Positions 1 to 10,600 of a stretch of 64,000 nt of DNA are shown here, piece after piece. Under the pieces are notes generated by a model. The model searched no databases. It was not told where the DNA came from and worked only from the letters and a program-made list of their open reading frames with translations. The position numbers and the translations under genes are program-made. Every line of letters begins with the position of its first letter. The first letter of the stretch is position 1. The DNA is from Oculina patagonica (taxonomy: Eukaryota), in contig NC_135758.1 in NCBI RefSeq assembly GCF_052425735.1, positions 37,572,001 to 37,636,000 on the forward strand, in the 5' to 3' direction.

Positions 1-274
1 ACTGGGAAGAGTAGTATGGGTTTCTGCTTGAACTTGGTTCTGAAGATACATGCCTGCCCGCTATGAAACCTTCATTCCTATGAAACCTTCAACAACAGCT
101 TGTCTGTAACCAGGGGAAAGAGCCCTCATATGACAGTGACAGGGGGCCAGTCCATTTTACACCCAGGGATGGCTGCTGATAAGTATATTAAACTTATAAA
201 TTAAAAATAAACATGCCTTTTGACTGGCCAATAAAAAAGTTATTGTGTACTGATTTGTTGAAAAGCAAACTCAC

Positions 275-720
275 CCTTAAAACAGCATTAACATGATGAG
301 CTTGTAACGTCTTCTCTTTGTTTTCCTGTGCCTTGACATTGGACTCTGCCGCCAACCGTTTTAAAAATAGTATGTAGTCTAAAAAAATCTGTGAACAAGA
401 AATAGCTCATCAGGCTTTGAGAAATTTACTGAAAACAATGTTTACAAGTTTCAATTTATATATATTCTTAAGAGTAACCAGTCCCTAATTTATTTCTTTA
501 TCTTCAACTAATATACATTGTCAAGCACTGATAACAAGAATAAATTCATCAACCTCAGTAAATGTTCTTTTAATGCTTGAAACAATTTGAATTGTCTTAG
601 GCTTATATTAGTCATCAAACTTAAGCTTACCAAAATGTCAGCATTTCGTGAAAGCCTTGCTTTACTCTGATGTTTCTTGATGATTGATTTCTGTTGGGCC
701 CGTGGAAAAGTTCTTTTCAT
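275..720 (-). CDS. CENPW: Centromere protein W (histone-fold), partial; last exon not found, probably left of the window
   Basis: Exon 1 720-631 (MKRTFPRAQQKSIIKKHQSKARLSRNADIL, donor GTAAGC) splices in phase 0 to exon 2 388-275 (IFLDYILFLKRLAAESNVKAQENKEKTLQAHHVNAVLR, donor GTGAGT). The joined peptide matches the CENP-W pattern KRxxPR...RL...DLL..L..LLF..RLAEES...I...HV. Confidence 0.85.
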
Positions 721-886
721 GTTCTTTTATTTAAACAAAAAACTGCAACTGTCGACGACTCTGAAGTGAGTTTTGGCTTCAAATCTCTCGCTATCTCTTT
801 GTCTTTCCCACCACAAAATCTGAGCCTGCAATCATTCTAGGGCATACTTCATGTAAAAGTCATGAATAATTAAGACAGACGAAGAC
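721..886. promoter_or_regulatory. Bidirectional promoter between CENPW and the C8orf76-like gene
   Basis: The two start codons diverge only 166 bp apart. A CHR-like TTTGAA lies on the minus strand at 778-783. Confidence 0.6.
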
Positions 887-3800
887 ATGATGAAGGAATT
901 TGAGTTCGACGACGAAATCTTCGGAGAATCAACTTGTAAAGAAAGCAAAATTGAAGAGGCTTACAGACCAAAGCAATGTGACCTCGAGGTAGTGTAGTGT
1001 CACTTGTTTCGAATATAAAATTATCACTAATTCGGTGAATTTATATCTGTACCAGCGCCCCGAAAATCACATCATTGATTCAGTAATTTGCTGATGTTGA
1101 TCCAATTCGATCCCATACACAAGTGATGTCAGGCTCTTTGATCAGTTTGAACCCATGTTTGTAACTGCTGTAACCCAGTGTTTCAGAAAAAAATATCCAT
1201 AATTCACTTTGTTTGCCCTCCAAAATTTTTGCATAAAAATTGTTCTTGGGATGGTTGTATGTCCAAGAAAACTTGAAAGCAATGCTTATAATTTTTTTGT
1301 GTGTGTGTTAGGGGGGGGGGGGGGGGGATCAAACAGAGTGTATTATGGGAAATGTGAAAGTGGTGGATACCCAGCCAGGGGAGTTGGAGCCCCAGGGGGG
1401 TACTCTGGCTTGTAAATGAGGGGATGATCGAAGGATTTTTTGGGGTTTGAAATTTTCGATTCCGGGATTTTTTTGGGTTGGAAAATTTGGCAAGTATTTT
1501 TTTGGGTGACTAGATTTAAATAGGGGATTTTTTTGGGTATTAAAAACGAACTAAAGTGCCTTGGCGCGGCCTTGGCGTATTTATGGTATGATGAATAAAC
1601 AAACACAAGCGTTCAATTTTTTATGTTTTTCTTTGTGTTATATTATTGCCCCTCCTGGCAATTTAGGGGTAATTTGACAAGGGATTTTTTTGGGGTGTTA
1701 TTTTTGGTCCAGGGATTTTTTTGGGTAATGTTGGAAGACTTAAGGGTTTTTTTTGGTCCTGAGTTTTGCCTCCATTCGATCATCCCCGTCATTTACAAGC
1801 CGGAGTACCCCCCCCCCCCGGGGTTGGAGCTAAACTGAAAGTTCAAACCAAAGAGCCACCTGCTGGGGGAGGCGTGGGGTGGGTGGTATGAATATTTTCT
1901 AGAACAACATGATGCCATAACTTCCTTCCACTGGTAGGGAAGGGCGCATTGTGTCACCAGCCCAAACAATGGCTGCAAAGGAGACAGTTACGATTAGTGG
2001 TGAAATAGTACCAGAGCTGTGCTCTAGCAGAGCCTGGGTGCCACAGGCGACTTACTTTTGTCTTTTGGTGACTTGCATAACTTTGCTATCATGAAAGCTT
2101 TTGAGAGCTGGGTACCCAAGATTTTCTTACATAAGAGCCTTTGGGCACCTTGCAATTAGTCTTGGAGCACAGCTTTGAGTACAGTCTTATTTTTTTCAGT
2201 TAAATGAAATAGGTATGAAAGTGCCAAAATTAATTTTTTCAAAAAGAAACCAGACGTTTCGGGTAATAGCCCTTCTTCGGTGGTAAATAACGTTGCCACA
2301 GAGAACATGATATTTTTTCAGTCCCTGTCGCCCATTTCTGGGATTAGTTCTTGGCAGGCTGAATTACTTCTTTGTCTCAAAACTGTTCTTTTTTTCAGTG
2401 GTTTATGCAGTGCAGTCCAAACAATGATCAATCAGAAAGACAGACAATAATGAAGTTCCAAGGAGATTTGTTATTCCAAAAACAAAACTACAGCGAAGCT
2501 TTGGTCAAGTATCAAGAGTCTCGCCAATGTTTGCCGCCCAACAATACTGTGCTTGACAGGGAACTGATCGAGTCAATGGCAATTTGTTTATTAAAGCTAG
2601 GAAAGTGTGATGATGCTGTAATGCTTCTCAAGGAAGCAATGGTGAGCGAAATTTACTATTTGTGTCTTACAAGATCAGTTACCATTTTCTTGGTTTTAAT
2701 GATTTTAGAATGGTTGTCCGCCATAGTGACCAGAGTTCAACATATTGTAAAAATTTGTTAATGATCCCTGATTAAAAAATTTGATAAAATTATAAGCTTT
2801 TGGCTGTCAGCCTTCAGTTTTGTCATCATTAATTTTGTTGAATGCTTTGAGCTCACAGGCCCACTGGGAGCTTATAACTTTATCACATTTTCACTAGAGA
2901 GCATTTTAAATTTTTGCAATTGCTATTTTCACTGAAATAGGTACTCCAAAAACATAAAAAAGCTTATATCATTTATTGTTGTATTAAGGAGGATGACAAC
3001 CAACGAAATGATTCTTCCTTATGGTATTTGCTCTCTCGGATTTTTAGAGCCATTGGAAATATTCAAGGTTTGTAAAAGTCTATTACATACATGATTTCTG
3101 TCTGTTGTTATTCTATGTGAGTCGAGTCAAGGAAAGCAGAGAGAGGCATGGCGGTCTAATGGTTAGTAATTTTAACCCTGACTCAAAAGGTCAGGGTTTG
3201 ACCAGGCAGGGCACTTTACTCTCACAGTGCATCTCTGCACACATAATTGAGGGCTGTCTGACATTTGCAGACTGCAGACTTGCAGACTTGCAGAGTTTCA
3301 CTCCGATTAGCCTACTTCGTACTTTGGTTAGCCTAATTTTCACTCTGGTTAGCCTGAATAGCACTTGCTTTAGCCGGTTTACAGTTAGCTCTCAATAATG
3401 GTAACATGATATATTCTCTTAGTCCACAGTCTGCAAATGTCAGACACCGCATATGTGAGCTCTGTTGTTTGTTAGATCAGACTGGCTCCATGTTTAATTT
3501 GATCTAATTGCTTGCAGTTTATTTTTGTTTGTTCATCCACCAGGTGAAATAGAAAGCCTTCAAAGATGTGCAACTCTTCACTCTTGGAATTCTCATTTTT
3601 GGTTTTCTTTAGCCCTGGCTTATGAAAGAGTAACTACGAGCAGCATTCCTCCACAAAATGGGAACTTCGAGGATGGTAATAGGGGTAGAAATTGCCTTCT
3701 GCATCAAGATTCAACTGAAAAGAACTGTAAAAAGAACTGTGTGATGGGTGGATGGCCATCTCAGGAAACAGATTTCACAGTCAAATCCTGCTGTGCCTCA

Positions 3801-6284
3801 AATAACAAAGTGCAAGGTCCGATTCTTACAAAATCTGGTTATTCTGATGAATTAGAGATTAGACAATGTTTTGCACATTTGGCTGTCAGAGACCAAGGAG
3901 ACTTACCGGTAGTTCATATTAAACATGATTGTCACTTCCCTTCGGCCATTCAATTGGATGAAGGTGCTGGAGTTCAACATCATTCAGATTACACAATTTG
4001 GTGTTCAAACAGGAAGTGTTCAGGATCACTGAAGGAAGACGGTAATTCATGTTTGTTTGCAAGCAACAGGAAACATCGATCAGAATATTGTGGGTGTGTT
4101 AAAGATAAATTGAAATGGAGGAATCATGTCCTTGCTTTTGGCTCCCTTGTTAAATCCAGGTAAATGAATTCAATTAAAAGGTTTTATTTATATAGGAGGC
4201 ACAGTGGCCTTAGTAATGGTTAGTGCACTGGACTCCGGATCGAGCGGTCCGAGTTCGAGCCCTGGTTGGGGTCACTTGTGTTGTGTTCTTGGGCAAGACA
4301 CTTTGCTCTCATAGTGCCTCTCTCCACCTAGGTGTATAAATGGGTGCTGGCGAATGTAATGCATTAGTAACCCTGCGATGGACTAGCATCCCATCCAGGG
4401 GGGAAAAGAAATACTCCTAGTCACTTCATGCTACTGAAACCGGGATAAGAAAGAAACACCAGTTAAAGTACCAAGACCTAACCAGAACCTCTCAATCTGG
4501 GCTCTTGACTTATGTACTTACACGTAAACCATTGAATAGTCACCTCTTTAATTCACATATGAGAAGAGATTGATTTATTTCAGTTTTACTAGAACATATA
4601 CACATCAAGTTGCTAACAATATATTAGAACTGCTTTCTCTGCTACAAATTGAACATTTTCTATATTTAATCACATAGGTTCTTTCTTGAGAAGGCAATTG
4701 AGTCATCTTCTTCATTTGCAAGGGACAAAAGTGAAACACTTCTTAGAGAGGTAAACAAAAAGTCACAGTAAGATAGCTTTTTTTAATAAAGTAAATAGTT
4801 TTGAAAATCAAAAGTTTTCATAATGTTCATTGAAATACACTATCCTCTCCCCTAGGAAATATTCAAGCATGGTTCAAGTAGTTGCCCTGTGACTTAACTT
4901 TGCTATTTTCTCATGTAATTCATTTATTTAATTAAGGTGAATGCCAAGATCACTGCCCATGCAGACTGTGGTTGTGCTGAGCTGGTTGATAAAGCTTTTG
5001 AGGTAACAGTCTAGCGACCAAAACATTTAACATACAACAACAGGATTTTATTTCAAAACATTGAGCAGATGCAATACAATGAGTAACCAAACCTGAAATA
5101 GTACGGACTACCGACAGTCTTGGACAAAACTTTTGAAACACAAGCAAACTTGAATTGCGTCTGTTTCAAATAGTATTGTCCAAGATTTTAGTCAAGTCTG
5201 TGACCTTACATGCTTGAATATAACAGATAAATAAATTGACCCATACAAATCGCTGCATGTGTTTGAATAGCTGTTGTATTACAGATATCAGCTGTTTAAA
5301 ACATACAAATGAGGAAGGCTGCATGTGTCATTTTAGCATTATAAGTTGGCCTTGTTTGAACACTTCCATACACCACTTTCATATGGGCCAATTTATTTAT
5401 TCTTTTATATGTATGTTAATTAGCCCTACTGGCCTCGTCAGCATGTGAAAAATTCAAAAGAATTTTTACTCTAAAACGAGGCCAGTAGGGCTAATTAAAT
5501 ACATATAAAAGAATAAATAAATTGGCCGCCATTATGAAAGTGGTGTATAAACAAATTAAACATAATTTTGACTGCAAGCTCAAAGGTATGTTAACAGCTT
5601 TTGCACACCTCCAAAAAAGTTCTTCACACCTCCCCACCAGTTTTCTTTTTTTGTTTTTACCCTCGCCAACAAAGTGGTAACTAAAGATTTATTTTTATTA
5701 TTGTAAGTATAAAATATGAATAAATGTGGAAACTCTTTGCATGATTACTTATAAAAATCTTTCATTTTATTTTAAACCTCTTCATGATGTCCTTTTAAAA
5801 AAACTCTGGGAAGCTTTAATATATAATTTAATGATTTATCATGAAGGTAATTAATAAATTTATTATTAATTAACTATGGTCACTAATGGCTTGTTTTTTT
5901 TAAATCTTCTTAGTTACTGTACTCTTCTGTGGTAGCAAGTGAACAAGCAGCATCAAATCAAGAATGGTCTGACGTAAAAACTAAGGTGATTATAAGAAAG
6001 AATAGCCCACATTTTTTAATATTGCGTTGCAGATTTGAGGATTTTATAGCCTGAATTTCAGACCTCCCTCTCTGGTTGGAGTAGGCGACCAGAGAGGGAT
6101 GTCTGAAATTCAGGCTAGGGATTTTATATGTTGTTTGCTTCACGGCTGACCTTGTCAAGTGTTCTTGTTTTCTTTTTAGGAATGCAAGCAAGAAGAAAAT
6201 TCAGCCACAGCAAGTGCGACTAATTCTTTCAATTTTGAACAGAAGTGGTTTGGGGATTTACTGTCCTATATGGATGGAAATTAA
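887..6284 (+). CDS. C8orf76: C8orf76-like TPR-containing protein, 8 exons, about 451 aa
   Basis: Exons 887-988, 2399-2641, 2989-3067, 3544-4159, 4678-4750, 4937-5002, 5914-5985, 6180-6284. All introns are GT-AG and phase-consistent (1356 nt total). Motifs EFDDEIF, YRPKQCDLEWF, MKFQGDLLF, LHSWNSHFW and C-terminal FEQKWF resemble vertebrate C8orf76 (EFEDSVF, YCAKLCEPQWF, KKFKGDLAY, LHPFNPWNW, FEDKWF). AATAAA at 6310. Confidence 0.82.
1390..1822. mobile_element. Non-autonomous DNA element with CCC..GGGGGGTACTC termini
   Basis: Inverted termini ccccagggggg-tactctggcttgtaaatga / tcatttacaagccggagtaccccc-ccgggg, with internal GGGATTTTT repeats. Confidence 0.6.
2012..2177. mobile_element. hAT5-like MITE
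   Basis: TIR CAGAGCTGTGCTC / GAGCACAGCTTTG flanked by 5-bp direct repeat AGTAC. Confidence 0.65.
2249..2284 (-). ncRNA. Minimal type I hammerhead ribozyme-like motif (Penelope-type repeat), U4C core variant
   Basis: Minus strand reads ACCA-CCGAAGA-AGGGC-TATT-ACCC-GAAAC-GTC-TGGT: stem I, core, stem II, GAAA and GUC site. A second copy is at about 39967-40002. Confidence 0.55.
4195..4450 (+). mobile_element. tRNA-derived SINE (family A)
   Basis: Pol III A/B boxes (TGGC..AATGG, GTTCGAGCC) followed by the family core TGTGTTCTTGGGCAAGACAC...CTCTCCACC.AGGTGTATAAATGGGT...GATGGACTAGCATCCCATCCAGGG, repeated many times in the window. Confidence 0.85.
5368..5548. mobile_element. Palindromic MITE with about 70-bp inverted arms
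   Basis: ATACACCACTTTCATA...GCCCTACTGGCCTCGT and its reverse complement ACGAGGCCAGTAGGGC...TATGAAAGTGGTGTAT. Confidence 0.7.
6047..6117. mobile_element. AcademH-like mini-MITE
   Basis: TAGCCTG...CAGGCTA termini with ~30-bp TIRs; 9-bp TSD AGGATTTTA/GGGATTTTA. Confidence 0.6.
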
Positions 6285-7436
6285 CACCCATAATCCAATC
6301 TTTTAAGTGAATAAAAGATTTATTTATTTGAAACCAACGATCATTAAAGCTGAAGTGAAAAACTCCACACTAGTGGTCTTGTATTTGTTTTGGAAAATAG
6401 AAATAAAGAAAACCTCTGGGACCAGGGGTGAAAAAATGGCATTTCTTTCATTTCTTTTAAAGTAGAAAACAAGAGCCATTTTCTCATTCCATCTACCCCC
6501 TTTTCTATGAACACTTCTAATGTCAACTAATCACAGCTTTGGGGGAGGGCAGACCTCTCAAGACTCACGATTTTGCCGTGAGACTCACGGTTTTCACTTC
6601 AATCTCATGGTAAACAGAATCACAAGTCACCTGGTTTTCAGGTACATTTTTGTCTGTCAGTTGACCAATCTCCTGATTTTCACTGAAATTTCCAGATTTT
6701 TTTTATCTCAATCTCCAGATTTCAAGTGCTTTGAGGTTAAGGGGTCTGGGAGGGGGCATCTCATATAAAAGGGAGAGAGATGCTTGTTGAAAAAATTGAA
6801 TTTAACTTCGAAATAAGAGCAATCTGGATGTGGCTCAAGCTATTTTGAACCCTGAAAGGGAAGGGCACTTTTCACACGGTCAGTTCTCCGGTTTTCCTCC
6901 CTCCACAAAAACCAACACTTTCAATTTCCAATTCGATCGGGAATACCTGGCCCCACAAGCTTATAGCTTTAATCCTCACCGTGTCTAAATAAAAATTATT
7001 TATTTATTTTTTATTTTTACTTTTACCAACACAATATGACAGTGCTTTTTACTTATGTATCCCTAAACGGGATGTTCATGGCTTAAAATGTGCTGAACAC
7101 CCTAAATGAGACCAAACTCCTTAATTCCCACCCCTAAGTAAGACAATGAGCATCCCTGTTTCTGTTCCTGTTCCATCCCAGTAACCACCCCCCCCCCCCT
7201 CCCCTCTCCTCATCCGGGGATTTTGCAGAGGCCTCAGAAAACTGCAACACGACCACTGCAAAACAAAATATAAAGACCCATAAAAATTTCTTAGGAATGT
7301 GTAAACTTATACGTTGCTACGGCTATACCTGGCAGCTAAAGATCTACGTTAAATTTTACCAAGCTATCTTCTCGACAAAATCCAAATTTATCCCTGCAAG
7401 TGAACGCGAGCCGTCCTTTTTTTCCGCGCTGTTCAC

Positions 7437-7485
7437 TAGCCTGCGAACAGGCTTTCCGTAGCGCTCGAAGCCTGTTCGCAGGCTA
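7437..7485. mobile_element. AcademH-like mini-MITE upstream of PMPCA
   Basis: TAGCCTGCGAACAGGCT / AGCCTGTTCGCAGGCTA with a perfect 9-bp TSD GCTGTTCAC. Confidence 0.7.
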
Positions 7486-7628
7486 GCTGTTCACAGCATT
7501 CGTCTGCGCGTATTACGTGCCTATATTTACTATATGGAATACATTACGCGGTCTTTTAAATGACGTAAATAGCGTTTCGCAAGACAACTGCTGCGACAAA
7601 TGTTCGCCCGCGATGCGAAGGAAAAGAA

Positions 7629-10600
7629 ATGGCCGGACGAAATTTCGTGCCAATATTCCAAGGCTGTAGATCCCTAAATGCTTTTAGAAGAACCTGCAGA
7701 CATGCTCTACAAAAGAGTCTTTTAAGTAATGGCGCGATCCCTCCGCTTAACGAACCTCTACCAAATCTGCCTGCTCCACCGCCGGACATGGTCGGCGGAG
7801 CAGACTGGCAAAACCGGCACGATCACGTAACTCACGTTACTACGCTTGAAAATGGCATCAAAGTGGCTTCAGAAGACTCATTTGGACAGTTCTCCACAGT
7901 TGGCGGTAAGTTCAGGATAAGTCAAGTCAGAACTGATTGAGATTGAATCTCACTGAAGGTACAATTTTGTTTTTCCGTGATGATGACACCACGCACGTGC
8001 TAAAATGCAAAGATGTTAAAAGTTAAAGCAGGTATCATTGTAAACCCGTCATGGTGGGGGTACCCCCAGGACGATGTGCGGCATTTAATCTTTTTTTGCT
8101 TCCAGGGAAGTTAGTTTAATCAAAACTTCCTTAGGGAAGTCAAATTCCCTGCTTCTGCAACTTACCCCCCTCCCCCCCTCCCCCCCCTCCCCGCTGGGTT
8201 TAACATTCATAGGTGCATTGTGTTTGTTAAGTACCTACCGTAATGAGATTCGAGATGATGTAAGAAGGACCAAATTCTAGATTCGTCCCCGTGGGACGAT
8301 GTTACTGTTTAACCTATTTGGACCATTTTTTTTATTTTTTTTTTGTCCAATCTTGTGTAACAAAGCAGGCTGAGAGTGTGATGAGAGGGAGTAAATTATC
8401 CCCTACTCCTTCACTCTAAGATTATTAACCATAAGCTGCCTTGAATGCACATCAATGAAAATCATACCTGGTTTTTAAGTCCAGAAGGTTTTTCCTTGAG
8501 GTCAGTAATGTGATGATGACAATGTCATGTGATGCAGGAATTACATCATCATTTTCAGCTGTCATCTTAAGACTACAAATTATCTTGGTTTTCTTGCTTC
8601 ACTATGACATCAGCAAATGTACTATCTCTAAATCACAATTTAGAGGTGCAAACTCAAAAACTTTCTTGACACCAGGGTTGAGTTCCTTTCACTTAAAATC
8701 TGAGTAAATCTAAGGGACAAGCACCACCTGCAATCCTAGTCATTTTTGGCAATGTCTCCCCTTTACACATGCACCCTTTTACAATGTCAAAAAGCACTAC
8801 AGAATGGATAAATGAGGGCACTTTCACTATGCCAACATTGAGTGGAGGAAAGGGGGCGTGAAAACAAATTAAAGTGGAATAGTTGACCAGAACTGTGGGA
8901 TTAACATAGCCACTTCATGCTAGAGAAACCAGAGTTTAAACGACTGGCAGTCTAAGCCACTAGGCTCTTTTGTTAAGAGGGTGGACTGTCCACTGGCAGT
9001 GACAGATCCAGACCTTCAGATAAGGGGGGGGGGGGGGCTGATGATCCAGACCCTAGAATAGGGGGGGGGGGGCACTCTTGAAAAAAACTTTCTCGGCCCT
9101 TTGGGCCTCTATTTGTTCTAAAAAGGGGGACTCCCCCCCCCCCCCCGGCCCCTCCCCTAGATCCGCCACTGACTGGGTAAATTCATCTATGCCAGTAGAT
9201 AGCATAGTTTGTTTTCACTGATAACATTATACAGTGGATATCTATTTTTGTGATGGTTAGGCAGTTGTCTAACTTTTGAACAACTGGACCCTTTTGTTTT
9301 TCTCTTTGGTTATCTGACCTACACTGTATCTAGATTTGTGTGACTGTGAATCATACAAAGATTTGAACATAGTATTTATGAACAATTTTCCATGTTTCTA
9401 GTGGTGATTGATGCAGGCTCCAGGTATGAAGTTGATTACCCTGCAGGGTTATCACATTTGCTGGAGAAACTGGCTTTTCAGGTATATTTTTCAAAATTAA
9501 TAAATGTGTTTTCTGTTCAGTCATTAAATGGTACATTTTTGTGTTGTTTTTAGTTATTATAATGGACACTGGTTTTTCATATTGAAAATCACCACAAATT
9601 TTCTCTTACCTTTTTAGAGTACAGTCAAATTTCAAAGTAATGATGATATCACGCAGGAGCTTGAAAAATTTGGAGGCATGGCAGATTGCTCATCATTCAG
9701 GTATTACCTGTAAAATTCAGGTTCAATATTTATATGAGTCTATTTAATTTGGGAGGCGCGGTGGCCTAATGGTTAGCGCGCTCGCCTCTGAGTTGAACGA
9801 CCCGGGTTCGAGGCCTGGCCGGGGCGCTGCGTTGTGTTCTTGGACAAGACACTTTACTCTCACAGTGCCTCTCTCCACCCAGGTGTATAAATGGGTACCG
9901 GCAAATTTACTGCTGGGGGGTAACCCTGCGATGGACTAGCATCCCATCCAGGGGGGAGTAGCAATACTCCTAGTCGCTTAATGCTACGGAAACCGGGATT
10001 AGCTCCGGCCTGTATGGGCCACTTGGCTCGAGGCAGACTTTACTTTACTTATTTAATTTGGCATGGAAGATGCAGTGGCCTGATGGTTAGCATGTTGGAC
10101 TACGGATTGAGCTACTTGGTTCAAGCCCTAGCTAGGGTTTGTTATGTTCTTGGGCAAGACTTTTAACTCTCACAGTGCCTATTTTTACCAATGGTAATGA
10201 AAAACTGGCAAAATGCTTGGGGTTAACCTGTGATGGACCTAGGTTCAAATCTGTTGAGACACTTGGCCAAATTTCCACTAAAATTGTGTACCACAGCTCA
10301 TTTTTTCAACCCCCTCCCTCATTTCAATGTTGTCAAAGAACATTGAGCAGGCGGAGAGGGGGATAAAATATTTTTTTACCCACTTGTAGAGACGTGTACA
10401 AAAATGAATATTGATACATGATATTGGTTTGTCTCGGCTAGTTTTGTCCAGAATTAAAGCATCCCACGGCAGTAAAGCTGATACTCTCAACCTTTTCATG
10501 CTGCAAAAACCAGGATTCACTCTAGCAGTGTGGGCCAGTTGGTTCAAGTGTAACTTTATTTAGTTTAGTGGTCAACCCAAACTTTGGCCAAAAACTGTTT

